Assembly: GCA_965113315.1 (NCBI GenBank)
Contig: OZ220369.1
Length of the DNA stretch: 64,000 nucleotides
Source: Podarcis vaucheri
Taxonomy: Eukaryota
Direction: 5' to 3' (one strand)
The position numbers and the translations under genes are program-made. Position 1 is the first letter of the stretch. Each line of letters opens with the position of its first letter. Positions 13,993-27,123 of this stretch are shown here, one piece after another. The notes under the pieces are model-generated. The model searched no databases. It saw only the letters and a list, made by a program, of their open reading frames with translations, and was not told the origin of the DNA.

Positions 13993-15305
13993 GGGGTCAG
14001 CTCACCCATGAGGCAACTGCCTTAGGTGGTAGGATTCGGAGGGCAGCAAACCCAGCCTCCAAGGAATGCATCCCTGCAGCTGCTGTCATGGTGGCATCAA
14101 CAGCTGAAGCGTACACCTTAGAGACAAAATCTGCCCCCCCCCCGGCTGTCTCTATAGCATCCTCTTGGTGAATGGGTGCTGCTGCTGGTCTCCTCTACTC
14201 TTGTTTACTTACCCCTTCTTCCCTGGTGGTGGTGGGTGCCATTTTGTGGTTCACCTAGGTGCCAAAATGTATTGGGCCGGTCCTGGGGCCAGCCTTCAAA
14301 GGATATAAAGAATTGTCTCCAGGACAGGAATAACAGAGCGCTCAGTGACTGGGAACAGCACTTGGAAGGCTGCACGTTGCTCACACCACCCACTAAGCAC
14401 CTGCCTCATATCTAAACGCTAAGAAATGAACGACTATTTTGATAGTTTGGGGGGTGGGACTGCAAATTGTGTCAAGGATAGCCTTTTCCTTCCCTTCTTA
14501 ACACTTCCCTCTGCCAATCTGCAGCCTCGACAGCAGCAGCGAGGGCAACAGACCAGAGCAAAAAAAGCAAAAGGAAGAAAAATCAGATTGTGAGGGCCCT
14601 CTTGTCTTACATAGGCTGATTCTGATGGGAGTTGCAGCACCAAACATCTGGAGAGCACCAGGTTTGCAAATGCTGCAATAGGGAACTCAAGGTATAAAGC
14701 AAGCTTGGGGTTTTTATTTAAGGGTGGTGAAGGTAAAGTCAGGAGAAGGTAAACCAATTTTGCACTCATAGGATGTTTGAGAAGGGGGATACTCTGCTCT
14801 CCAAGCTATGGAAATGAGCCTCAGGAGAAAGCTCTGCCCAGTCACAGACCCTCTTGTGGGTATAAATATAGCCGACAGAGACAAATCCTTTCCTCCCATT
14901 GTTCTAACTTCCTGTGAGCTCAGCACAACACAGATCCCCCTTATCAGCCAGCCGGCTGCCAATCCTGGTTTCTGCAACATGAGAACAGCAGAAGAAAGTC
15001 ACAGAATTGCTGCAAGCTCTGGGAAGAGAAGCTTCTGAGTTGGCGCCTTTCCAGTCTCTGCCCCAAAGGAAAACACTTACAAGCCCAGGGTGTGATTTCA
15101 TGTAGATGAGGGAAACCATTCAAAGTTCTTTCCCCCCGCAGCAAGTTCAGGAGGTATCTGAACCCTCCTTTTGTGTGTGTGTGACGAAGGACAACTATCA
15201 TAGTGACCCGGTCCTCTCATCACCAACTCTGAGTGAATTGCTTTATGAGTTAAATTGTTTTTTGTGTTGTTATTTTGTCAAATCAATTTGAAACTTTTTA
15301 TTGTA

Positions 15306-15502
15306 TAAAGGTAAAAGGTAAAGGACCCCTGGATGGTTAAGTTCCGTCAAAGGCGACTATGGGGTGCAGCACTCATCTTGCTTTCAGGCTGAGGGAGCCA
15401 GCGTTTGTCCACAGACAGCTTTCCGGGTCATGTGGCCAGCGTCACTAAGTCACTTCTGGAGCAACGGAACACTGTGATGGAAACCAGAGCACATGGAAAT
15501 GC
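15306..15502 (-). mobile_element. 5'-truncated Sauria SINE, divergent subfamily
   Basis: AAAGGT tail and body similar to the 17374 copy (ctcatc..gctttc..gagggagcc..ggtcatgtggcc); no head. Confidence 0.85.
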
Positions 15503-17373
15503 AAGAGACCACCACCAACATCATCATCAGGAACAAGCAAGTTATGCAGTCCTTCTGTAGTCCTGGTAATTACCAGCACTTCTTCATCTTTGGTTAAAAG
15601 GTAGGACATTTACTGTAACAACTTCATGGTGAGTATTGGCAAATACCAGCACCAATTTTTCTAGAAAAAAACACACTGCTAGTGCTGAACAGAATTTCAG
15701 GCACTTTCTAGACCTTTCAGAGACTCTTTTGTGAAGTGGCCTGGTGAAACCTAATAAGGACTTCCAGAGATCAGGTAGGAGTGTGATGTGGAAGGGCAGG
15801 GGAGCCTTAGGTGACCTGTAGTGTTCTCAATAGTTTATAGTCTTCATCCTACAGCTCCCATCAGCCCCAGAACCAGACAGGCTACCCATAGTTAGTCAAT
15901 ATAATCTCCCTCCTCTCTATCCTTTGAAAACTTGAAATCTTGGAAGCACAACAAATTTCACATAATGTTCAAATGATGCATACACATAATGTTTTAATTC
16001 TGTCTTTTAAAAATATGATAACTTTTTAGATTTTTCTTCATTTTGTTTCATGTCAGTTTTAATGTAGGTGTTTATTGTGAGCTGCTTTTGTAAAAGAAAT
16101 AAAAATTAATAAGTTTAATAAAAAATAATAATTTATTCTGATTGAAGGGTTAGGATTTCCTTGGTGCAGATGATATACGTTACCAGTTACTAGAACTGGA
16201 AAAATTGGGGAGTCCACTCCCTAGGCTCTGTATGCCATCAGATACAGCCATGCAGTTCAGTATTGTGGACCCCAACCCTGTCAAACTTGCTCCTGACTGA
16301 GATTAGACAGGCCCCCTCCCTACCAAACTTGAGGTGATTGACAAACACTTTTCCTGTTTCAGCAAGCATTTTAAGGTAGGCATTCTAGGATGAATTATAA
16401 TTGCTCTTATTCTTTGTATGGCTTAAAAAAATCATTTTATGTACATCACTTAGAAATTCTAAATATTAACCAGTATAATAAATAAATAGCTATTTTACTT
16501 GTTATAATGCACCCTGCCTGATTTATGCATCATAGTTGGGCAGAAATTATTAAATAGATAAACATATCAAGGGTGAAATTACAGAGGGTCCTCAAAGCCT
16601 TCTACTCTTCACACAGAAAACCCGAGTCACAGTCCTTGCCCCTTCCCAACTTTTCCATATCAGCCAGGACAGCTAGAGGACAGCTCCTTCTCAATGTAAA
16701 GTTTGCTCAATCTCAGTTTCCAATCAAAGGCACTCAGGCTAGGAGGAGTCCAGAGCCTTATGCTTAACTGAGTCAGCACCAGATGCCCAACTGAGATCAA
16801 TTCATGGTGTGATTCACTGAGATTGTTAAAACGTCCCCTGTCTTTCCTGGCAAGTGGAAAAGTTGTGTGTTCAAGTCAGTTGCCACAAACAGCGAGCCCA
16901 ACAAGGCAATTGGCTCAGAGTTCTTGCACAACAATACATCCTCAAGAGTAGCATTTCTCAGACTTCTGAAGAACAATTCACTTTTGCAGCCAGCAAGACT
17001 TTTGTTTAAAGTAGAAAAGACACACCCTCAGAGGATGTTCCTCCATGATTTGTGATTCATTGATCTGGGTCCAGGCTCTGCAGTGGGACAACAGCCAGTC
17101 TGTTTCCTCAGAGGAAACTGTGGCATCTCTGCATTGAGAATGGTTCAACAATTCAAATTGCATCCAGTGCTGGGTTGTGGCAGAAACTCCTGCCCCCACT
17201 GGATGAAGAAGGTAAGGTCAGTGCACCAAGCCATACAAGGAAGCCTCTGGCAACCTCCCCATGAAGTGAGCAGAAGAATACAGAATTATTTGATGATTTA
17301 ACTGATTCACTTCTCATTCTGTGGTGTAGGAGTTACTACTACAAAAGTAACAAAAGTGCAGTTCATTATGTCT

Positions 17374-17729
17374 TAAAGGTAAAGGTAAAGGGACCCCTGA
17401 CCAATTAGGACCAGTTGCGGACGACTCTGGGGTTGCAGTGCTCATCTCGCTTTACTGGCCGAGGGAGCCGGCGTACAGCTTCCAGGTCATGTGGCCGGCA
17501 TGACTAAGCCGCTTCTGGCGAACCAGAGCAGTGCACGGAAACGCCATTTACCTTCCCACTGGAGCGGTACCTATTTATCTACTTGCACTTTGTGCTTTCG
17601 AACTGCTAGGTTGGCAGGAGCAGGGACTAAGCAACGGGAGCTCACCCCGTCACGGGGATTTGAACCGCCAACCTTCTGATCGGCAAGCCCTAGGCTCTGT
17701 GGTTTAACCCACAGCGCCACCCGCGTCCC
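17374..17729 (-). mobile_element. Full-length Sauria SINE (Squam1-type) with 11-bp target-site duplication
   Basis: Minus-strand head GGGACGCGGGTGGCGCTGTGGGTTAAACC (A box) and GGTTCAAATCC (B box); tail (ACCTTT)n; TSD TCATTATGTCT at 17363-17373 and 17730-17740. Confidence 0.92.
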
Positions 17730-18076
17730 TCATTATGTCTCACATGCTTCTAAATATCAAGAGCCTTTTCACAGAATACCTGTGGCAGCTGACAGCTGTT
17801 AAAATATTCAAACCTAATTCAAGTTAAATATTTAGCATAAGTAATCCAAATAAGTGGAGGGTCATTGACCGCTGTGGGTTGTGAGGGACAGATGTTTTTT
17901 AAGCACAACATATTAAGTTTTTAGTGTGTTGCAATACATGTATACACTAAGATTTAATGAATGAAGAGCCTCCTAAATTGGACCACACAAGTTGCTCATG
18001 CGAATGAAAGAGTCACCCAGTCACCAGTAGATTCAGCATTAGCCAGAAGCTACCTGCAGCATAGCCAGGTCCTTAC

Positions 18077-19548
18077 CTTGAAATCTGCCAGCTGCTGGCT
18101 GATGACCTCCACTTCTGTCCCAACGACCCACTGCAAAGCTTCACTGTCTTCTGCTGTGGCTGTCATGTAGTTCAGCTCCTTTAGTTTGTCATAGAAGTCC
18201 TTGACGCGAGCCAGCGTTGTGTCCACCTGCTCCAGGCGACTTTTGCCTCTTTCGTTCAGTTTGCCACATTGCTTATTTAAAGTCTCCAGCTCACGTTTCA
18301 ACCCTATGAGGTCAGGACTTCCTTCATCATCCAACATCTGCCTGCATTTCTCTTCAGAAGCTTGGATATCCAGCCTCAGCCTCTGAAGTTTGCCCAGGAA
18401 TTCATGGACATCCTCTGCTTGAGACTGCAGGCTGTCCATGTCTCTCCCAACAGAGCCCATGCTGTCCAATTCGTCATCTAGGTCAGCCAGCTGAGAGAAC
18501 ATCTCCCGAACATGATTATTAAACTGGCCAATCCCTTCAAGCTTGCTCTCCATAAGTTGACAACATTCGTTAACTTTTTGCTTGACTGCTTTGAAGTCTT
18601 GCTGGGCGACCTCAGCTTGACTTAAGAGATGGGAGGAGTCGGACCCATCTGGAGCATCTTCCACCAGGCCCCGGGTGAAATTCCTCAGGTAATCCACCTG
18701 GGGTTCCAATGCCTGGATAACCTCCTGTTGGGCTCTCAGCTTCTCCAAGTTCTTAGTGCTGCAGGCCTGTGGGCCAAGAGCCTCATAGATTTCCAGCTGA
18801 TGCTTTGTCCCATCTAGTTTCTTCTCAATGTTCCTAAAGCTTTCTTGGAACTCCTTCAGCCTTTGCGACATTTCTTCCAGGGAACCGGTCTTTGCTTGGA
18901 GTTCCTCTGTAATAGCGTCCATCTTCTGGTTGATCCCAGCTTTCTCATCCCTAACATCATCCTCATCCATTTCTGATGCATTGATGAGGATATCAGCGGC
19001 GCTGTTCAGCATCTCCAGAAGGGAACGGCGCTTCTCCACATCGCTCAGCATAGCCTTTGACCTCAGGAGTGTGGCTTCCAGTTGCACTGGATCCAGAGTG
19101 ACTTCCAGCTCTAGCATCTTTGACCTGCAGTCCTCCACCCACGGGAAAAGGTCTTCCACATGACGCTGGTATTTCTGAGCCTTCTGTAAGCAGTCCTTGA
19201 GTTTAGCATGTCGGTCTGCGATCTGTTTGCTAAGCTCCTCCCAGTTTGCTTTCAGGTTGACCAGCTGGCTTTGCAAACTGGCTCTCTCCTCGCCGGGATG
19301 AATGGAGTGAAGCAAAGACTCGCCCTCTACCACAATCATTTCATAGGAGCCCCTGTGCTGGTTGAGGCTCTTTTGGAATTCTTCCTGCTCCTGGATCTGA
19401 GACTGCAGCATCTCCAGCTTAGCTGAGATGGGCCCGCTCTGTGCCTGCTGCCTCAGCTTGTCATCCAGCCAAGTGTGGAGCTCATCAAACATCTGTTGGA
19501 ATTGCTGGGAGCTGGCAAGCACTGTCTGCAATCGATTCATCCGGTCAC
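18077..19548 (-). CDS. MACF1: MACF1 exon Y (1,472 nt, phase 1-0): (G)DRMNRLQTVLASSQQFQQMFDEL...ISQQLADFK, several spectrin repeats
   Basis: Acceptor TTTTCAG, donor AAG|GTAAGG; 513-aa ORF. Confidence 0.96.
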
Positions 19549-20214
19549 CTGAAAATTGGAGGAGGCAGGAATACATTGTTAAGACATGCATTTCATAAAG
19601 CTAGGAACCTCTCCTAATGTTCCTGATGCACAAACCTACATTCCAGTCTTTGTAAATAAGCACCTTTCAATGAAAAAGCAAATTGGTATACCATTAAAGG
19701 TAAGGCAATCTTATAAACCTAGGAAGCTACAAATCACAGAACATAGGGTCTATTCAGGAAAATTTAATTGATTCTGTAGGATCCCCAGAACATCTGTTTC
19801 CTTAAAAAAAGCTTTCTAGACCTTACATTTACATAGAGGCAGTGTCAAAATGGGATGGGGTGGCATTCGAATTCTTTTTAGAAAGACAAAATGGAGCCCA
19901 GCTAACCATCCCACTTCTTCTACTCATGCATTAGGGAAAAATACACCTGAGAAGTGGCATTGGCTGGGGCTTCCTATTGGGCCTGTGTTGGTGACACACT
20001 GAGTTTGCTTCATAATGTGTGGAGTAGCCCTGAGGTTAAGCCTTTCACCACATCTAGTGAGCCAAGGATCTATTGGGTCCTTATTGCCCACACAACTTTC
20101 CTGGCTGTTGGGAGTCCTCCTTCTCGACTAAATGCTGTTTGTGTTTCTAAATTCTGCAAATGGTGTTATATAGCACCTGATGACCCCATGTTTTCAAATG
20201 ATTCATTTCCATAC

Positions 20215-20710
20215 CTGCCAAATCTTCGAGCCCTTTGAGAGGGAGGGCCACTGTCTCCAAGCGCTTCTTCAGCTCATCCTTCAGGTACTGCTCCCCAATG
20301 AGGACTGAGAGCTCATCACATAGGGCCTGAGCCTCCGTGATCTCCTCTTCCAGCTGTGCCAGGTTGGACCGGATTTCACTCGTTTCTTCCAGCTGCTGCT
20401 TCACAGCCTCCGGCTGGGTGCTAATGGTGGACTGGGTGCTCAGGCACTGCCCAGCAGCCTTCACCTTCTCAGACAGCCCCTGGAGCAGCTCTTGGTACTG
20501 GGTGCTCTTGACAATGGCCTGGTCGATTTGGCTGGAGCGTGAGTTGAGCCTCTCTGTGAGTTCAGTCCACTTCTGATTGACAGCCTGGAGCTCCTCCTGC
20601 ATGTTGCTGATGGATGGAGACCCTTCGCTGGGGCTGGTGAGTATCCCTTGGGCAGCCTCATTCAGCTGATCATACTGGGGCTTGCGGGACTCAAACTCCT
20701 TCAGCATAAA
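20215..20710 (-). CDS. MACF1: MACF1 exon X (496 nt, phase 0-1): FMLKEFESRK...IDQAIVKSTQYQ...LEDLA
   Basis: Acceptor ATTTTAG, donor CAG|GTATGG. Confidence 0.95.
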
Positions 20711-20879
20711 CTAAAATGGGGGAGGGCGGCAGAGAAACAATGCATAGGTTTTTTAATGAGAGACCAAGATGGTTAAAAAAAAAGATGAAAGAAGCCAAGG
20801 AGAATGCAACCATAGCACTGTCAGTCTTGGTTGCCTAATAAAACACTTTTTTTAAAGCACCAAAAGAATGGCTGCCTTC

Positions 20880-21017
20880 TTTTTATATATATATATAATT
20901 TTTATTAACAGGCCAATCAAATCACATTAATTCCAAATCACATTAATTCCAAATTATACAGCCAGATTTTTAAATTTTTGTTGGGGGTACCCATACATCA
21001 AGCTCCGAAAGGGGACC
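20880..21017 (-). mobile_element. Short retroposed 3' fragment with 16-bp TSD
   Basis: AAGAATGGCTGCCTTC at 20864-20879 and 21018-21033; AATAAA then (TA)n/A tail on the minus strand. Confidence 0.75.
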
Positions 21018-23118
21018 AAGAATGGCTGCCTTCCTAAACCTGATGAAAATAATGACTTCATGTTACTTCTGGGCCATTTTCAAGGCGTTACTATTATATA
21101 CTGGCATTAACAGCCTGGGACCAGTTTACTTATAGGATCACCCTATATATGCCCACTCAGCTGCTTCGAACTGTGGAACTGATACTGTTACAAGTGCCGC
21201 ATAATGCTCATTCTGCAATAAATCAATTTTTAGATTGGCAGCACTTACACTTTGAAATTCCCTGCCCATTGACATCAGGCTGTACAATTTCTGGTGCCTC
21301 CTTACTTGATTTTAACTGCTTTTATTGATAACTTTAATGTTTCTTTTAATTTTTGTAAAACCACTTAGAAGTTTTTTACAATCAAGCAGCATATATGTGA
21401 TGTGATGTAAGCAATGCCTTTCCTGAGAATATCAGTGGTTTCCAAACTTCCCATTTTCACATTAATTAATCTGAGAACACGTTCTACCCCTCAATACACT
21501 GCAAAGGATTCTAGGGCAGAGGTGGACTTCAGGCTTGTTGGATCTAATCTGTTTTTTCACCAGAACCCCAAGATCTACCAATGAGAGCCGGGTGCAAAAG
21601 ACATGCAGGGTGCCTCCAGACCATCCCTATTTGGGGCATTTAAAGTGGATTAAAGGGTTCAGTCACCCAAGTGCAACAAATCCATTTTTTACACAAACTC
21701 CAATTTATAAAACAAGTCCCACTTTGCAGCACAGAAAATGATGGGGAAAACTGTGGGATGAATGATTGACTAAGAGGAAGATGTATAAATCCCCTGGAAG
21801 CAAATCAGGGTGAATGCAGAAGAAATGCTAAATGGCATATATACAAATAAATCAGAAGGAGTACACAATGAAGACCAGACATAGTTGAACCACAATGTAA
21901 ACAAATTAATATGAGTGCTGAATAAATGGAATGTCTGGAGGAGCCCATAGTCAGAATTAAATACCAGGGGGCCTCTGAGCTTATTCTTTTCCGAGCTCAG
22001 TCCTTTTGCACAAAAAATCCACTCCCTGTTAGCCATCTCCATTTCAGCAGCTAAATTAGGTGAGAAAAGTCATTTTGTTGTTGCTAATGTTGAACAACTG
22101 AGAGATCAACCAGTTGCCGACCCCTGTTCCAGGACACTCTCTTGGTTCTTGCAAGTGGATCCTGGAGCACACCTAACATTTCCCTGAGAGTGCACACTGG
22201 AAGGTAAGTGGTAAACGAAAGCTTGCCTGCCATGCCTGATTTGATTCTGAATGAGAAACCCCTGATAAGCTTCCAAGGAAGTCCAAGGCTCCTTGGAAAG
22301 CTGAGGTCTGAGCAATGAGGCAGCCAAAGATGAACTGTCCTCTTCATTGAGGAAGATACATCCAATGAGCTGCAAAGGAATGTGATGTCAGCTGATGAAT
22401 CAATTAAACAAGTTAGTCTGCTGCAAGAGTTTAGGTTGGCTGACACACAACTAAAAGCATATTGAGTTGCTATAAACCATCTGTAGAGTTTCTGGAAAGA
22501 AGCTGTGGGAAGTCAGCTTGAAACAGGATTTCAGCTTTAAAAAAATGTCAGGGATGATGATGACATTCAAAAGACATTCCACTCCCCTGCCTTATTTGTC
22601 CTGCTGCTGCTACAGTTCATATAAACAAGTTGCAGACTGAGAGTCAAACTGTATAAGCATGGAGATCTCCCGACAATCCTACCCTCTCGAGCGTTTGACT
22701 GCCTACAGGCCTCTTCTTAGCAGCATGATTCATAATCCAAGGGAGAGGAAGGCAAATGCAAGAGATGAGCCTGCTGTTCAATGAAACTAAGCATTTCTAC
22801 ACAAGCACCCCTTCTGTCAGGGCTAGTGATCTGGAGCTGGGAAGCAGGTAGGCAAGGACAGGCACCCTGTGCTGCTCAAACTGATGAGCCAGGGGACAGG
22901 TGGAAATATATCAGCCCCTTGTACCAACTGATCATTGCTGGGCTAGAAGCTGCGATTGCTCAGGCCATCTGCAATGGTGACAGTGCAGTGCAAAAGGTCA
23001 ACAGTTCCCTCTCACTGGCAGATGACCAGCATGGTGCACTCTTTTAGTCACTTCCACCTGCATTGACCGCATACACTTTTCAACCTGGTTGCATAAAATG
23101 CCTTTGCTGGCTTCTCAC

Positions 23119-23318
23119 CTGAACTTGCTGCTTCTGTGCATTCAGCATGTTGGGATCGATGGAGAGTGGGCCCAGCACGCTCATCATGAGCTCCTTCTCC
23201 ATCAGCCAGGGACGCAGCTGGCCCTCAGCCACCTGGAAGCTGGCCAGCTCACTGGCTGATTTCTCCAACTTCTGCTGGCGCTCTGCTGTCACCTGGTTGG
23301 CATGTGCCCACCTGGAAT
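23119..23318 (-). CDS. MACF1: MACF1 exon W (200 nt, phase 1-0): (N)[10 protein letters not shown]...[19 protein letters not shown]
   Basis: Acceptor CATTCAG, donor CAG|GTGAGA. Confidence 0.95.
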
Positions 23319-25232
23319 CTGAATGCCAGAAACACCATGACTGGGTACATTCCCTCCACAAAGGCTTCCATAGGACTCATTGGCTACAGGTGAAGGTGGA
23401 CCTCTAAGGGAATTTTTAGGACTTACCTGATCAGGTATTTACAGCAGGAGTGGGAAAACTCAGGCCCGTGGGCCAAATGAGGCCAGGTCTCCCCGCCCCA
23501 GGTGACATGGGACCTAGGTGGTTGGGACATGGTCGTCACAGCATGTAGGCATGTGTGTTTGAATATGGGTGTGATGTGAGTGTGGGGTGGCCTTGCCCTG
23601 TATGGCTAGAATGTGGCCCCTGGAAGGTTAAGTCTGTCCCTCATGATTTAACTGAAGATACTGCAGACTGAACCCAAAATTTAACGCAGGTGCACACTGT
23701 GTCCTACCCCCACGCTAAGGGCTCCCCCTACCCACAAAATGAGGTGGTGCACCTGATCTCAGCTGAATGGCAGAGCCTCCTCCATGAACTTTTGGAAAGA
23801 TTCCACGCAATGCTTTTCATTGGCCCAGTTCCTATGCAAACAGGGAGTGTCTCCTCTCAACAAACAGAGGTGGAACTGCTCTTAAAACTGCTCTTAAAAA
23901 AAAAGTTTTCAGGGGAAAATTTTGGCAAATAAAGCAGTTTCAATATTCTTTTGCAAATATGAATTAGTCTAAGCAAACATTTAAAATGTCACGTTTCATC
24001 TTTCTGGGGGTGGTGGTGGGAAATCACACAGCATTCCCCCAAAATAACAACAGTAAGACTGCAGTAGCTTGGGCAAGCTGACAGGCACAATTAGCTCTGA
24101 CACTCATTCAAAAACCAGATCATGCTTTGTGCTAACTAACAATTTCTGGCTGCTTCAGAACTAAAATGTCATTATAAACTGGCCAGGACATGAGCCTGTT
24201 CTACCCAGATTTGGAGTGGGATGTGCAAGGGAAAGTCTGGAAAAGGAAACACAACCAAATATGAGGGTAAGGGAACTCTTGACTATAAGGCATGCCCACA
24301 ACTGCAGGCTTCAGAGTCTGCAACTGCTACACACTACTCAGGAGGGCCTTGTGCAACTCCATCTCTCCAGCCAGTGTGGATCCTCTGTTGCATGTAGAAC
24401 AGGGAGTGGGGTGGAGAGAGACCATGCACTCAGCCTGGGAGGGGCTAGAGCTCCCAAATGGAAAGAGCTGCACATTCCAGTGGAATAATCCACTGGGCCA
24501 ACCCTGTGGGAGATGAATGCACACCCACACACATGCACTTAGGATGGCCCCTTTTCTCACACCAAGGATAACTGCCTAAGACACACCTCCTCTCTCAGCC
24601 TCTCCACCCCCCCGATTGATGAACACTCTTCTCTGCCTGCTGCACATGCTTTCTCCACTTAACTCTGTGATAGCCTGCTTTGTTCAGAAGCAGGATGTGC
24701 TGGCCTGCTTGCCACTGAAGAGGTTTATCTGATGACACTCCAAGAACGTTAGTAACACAATTTCTAAATGACTCCCCCTCCCCAGCCAGCACAAGCCATT
24801 TTGCTTCTACAAGCAAGGACAAGATGGCACCCCTCATTTCATACCCAGATGCTGACTGGACTGGTAGCTGAATCTTATTTTGATACTGGTGATAGGACAG
24901 CATCGTCCTGAGTGTAGCAGGCTTCTTTAGGGGGCGCAAAGGAGGCTGCTGTCTGCCATCTCACTGCCATTCCCTGCCCTTCAGCATCTGCCATCTGAGG
25001 CAGCCAGCTCTCATTCACCTCCACAGCACTAGAGTTAAGAGAACTTTCTGGACCTTTGGCTTCCTTGTTATGCTTTCCACACTTTTAATTTAGCCTACAG
25101 TCCTTTCCCGACTGCCATGGCACCACCCACCACACAGTCTATATTTCAGCTGAGCTCTGCTTTGCCTTTCTAGAACTGGCTCAGTCTTGCTCAGCCCCAG
25201 ATGAGTTTCTCAGAGGTTTCTGGGTCACATAC

Positions 25233-25362
25233 TTAAGTCCTCCAGCATCCGCTTCCAATTTCCTGCTTCTGGTGATTCGGGATATTTCTCCAGGAGTCCA
25301 GAAAGAGACTCTTTTGCTTTCTGGACTTTCACAGCGTTCTGCTCCAGCTCAGCCAGAAATGC
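25233..25362 (-). CDS. MACF1: MACF1 exon V (130 nt, phase 0-1): AFLAELEQNAVKVQKAKESL...WKRMLEDL
   Basis: Acceptor CTGTAG, donor GTATGT; translated by hand. Confidence 0.92.
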
Positions 25363-26129
25363 CTACAGAGTCATGGGCGGGGAGGGGAGAGAGCCACAAG
25401 AGACAATTGCAATATTATTATTATTCTTAGAAACAGAATATGGTTTGTTTGTGGATTTGATGAAGCAGCAGAAATCTCAAGGTGTGGGGTGGACGGGTGT
25501 GTGGGAAGAAAAACAGCTGCCATTTCCAAGGGATTTAAGTGCCACATGCATTTCAAACTGGGCCTGTTCATGAAGGGCAGAATCTAGAAAATACTATAAA
25601 ATAAGCAAACTTTGAACTTTTCTGAAAAAGACAGCACACCCAACAACACTTCCACTGGTAACCAGAAATATATTACAGGCCATAATGCAAAGCCACACAA
25701 TAATAAACTCTCAGGGCAAGTCAGTTTGAAAAATGCACAATAATTTTTCACAACACATAAAAATGGGTTTATAAACGCAGCTTTGTAAAGTATCACCAGT
25801 CAGATCAACTCTGACTGATTGCCAATCCTGAGAGACACTGCTTCATTCTCCAGTTTTGTTAAGTCAGTTACAGTAGCAGATTTCCAAATTTGGACTTACA
25901 GGGCTGCAAGGCCACCATCCAGTCAGCCATGTTATCCAAGGGACCTGTTATCTTTAAAATACATTCATCAGTTTCAGATGGCTCTTCAGAAGTGTTTGTT
26001 AGCATTGAACCTTTTGTCTGCTTAGGGCCACACTGTGCCATTTTGGCTGGGCCTTCCTCTTTGACAGATCAGATGAACTTTGCTCAGTTACTTCCTCCAT
26101 GTCTGGTGTCAGGAATTTACCTTCTTGTC

Positions 26130-26780
26130 CTCAGATTACTGCAACACGTTATACATACGGCTGCCTCTGAAGACGGTTCGGCAACTTCAGCTGGTGCAGA
26201 ATTCAGCAGCCAGACTGATGGTTTGAGTATATTACATAGCAACCAAGATGGTTTGAGTATATTACATAGATACTGGCCTGACTGTACTAGCTGCCAGTTA
26301 GTTTTGGGGCCCAATTAAAAGTGCTGCTTTTGACCTATAAAGCCTACACGACTCAGGACCGCAATACTTTCAGGACTGCCTCTCTTCATATGAACCTAAC
26401 TGGGCCCTGAGATAACCATCTGAGGACCTTCTTCATGTGCCTCCTCCATGAGAGGAACTGAGGGTGGGAGCACAAGAACAGGCCATTTTTTGCAGTGGCT
26501 CTCTGCTTGTGGAATGCTCTCCCCAGGGAGGCTCACCTGGCGCCTTCATTATACACCTTTAGACGCCAGGAGAAAACAATCCTCCTCAACCAGGCCTTTG
26601 GCTGATTACACCCAATGCCCTTTTTAATGTGTTGTGGGTGGTGGATACTTAGTTTGCTCTTGCTTTTATTATGCATTTTGTATTTTTATTTTTTTTGGTG
26701 TTGCATTTTTATATTGTGAACTGCCCTGAGATCTGTGGATGGAGGGCGGCCTACCAACTTAAATAAATAAACAATAAAAT
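26130..26780 (+). mobile_element. Degenerate L2-clade LINE 3' fragment
   Basis: aaagtgctg..ttgacctataaagcc, tgtggaatgctctcccc, tgtgaactgccctgag..gagggcgg, AAAT tail; related fragments at ~21060-21400 and ~7260-7510; boundaries approximate. Confidence 0.65.
26217..26269. repeat. 23-bp direct repeat, 30-bp period
   Basis: GATGGTTTGAGTATATTACATAG at 26217-26239 and 26247-26269. Confidence 0.9.
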
Positions 26781-27123
26781 AAAAACACTTTCCCTTCTGC
26801 ACTCCCTTTTTAATGCTACGTCTGGGGCTCTGCTTACTTTTTTTGATTGCGCATAAAGGCCTTAAACCGCCTGTGGTTGTCACGGTGCAACTAGATTCTT
26901 GCCATTAAGCTCAGTGGCTGGCCATGCACCAGCACCAACAGTTAGATCAGCCTTATAAAAGAGAACCTCCTGTGCCAGATCTATAAAAATGACCACTTCC
27001 AAATTGTGTATCTTTGTCATAAGCTATTTCATATATGGACGTTCTCCCCTTATATTATCACAAACTGCTGCAAACAAGGTAAGGAAGCAGGATATCAAGG
27101 TACGTATGAAAAACAATAGGAAC

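Larger units (their letters stand above)
1..18076 (-). other. 5' part of a long MACF1 intron following the ...LADFK exon
   Basis: No spectrin-like ORF and no next exon (expected to begin MFQKE..) in 18 kb; repeats and TAAT-rich blocks only. Confidence 0.8.

Noticed and set aside
377-17679. Many 60-184 aa ORFs in the long intron, including 10627..11181
   Set aside because: No recognisable protein motifs; lengths expected by chance; several overlap repeats
17640-17729. tRNA-like A/B boxes here and at ~13855 and ~38655
   Set aside because: They are SINE heads continuous with SINE bodies, not cloverleaf tRNA genes
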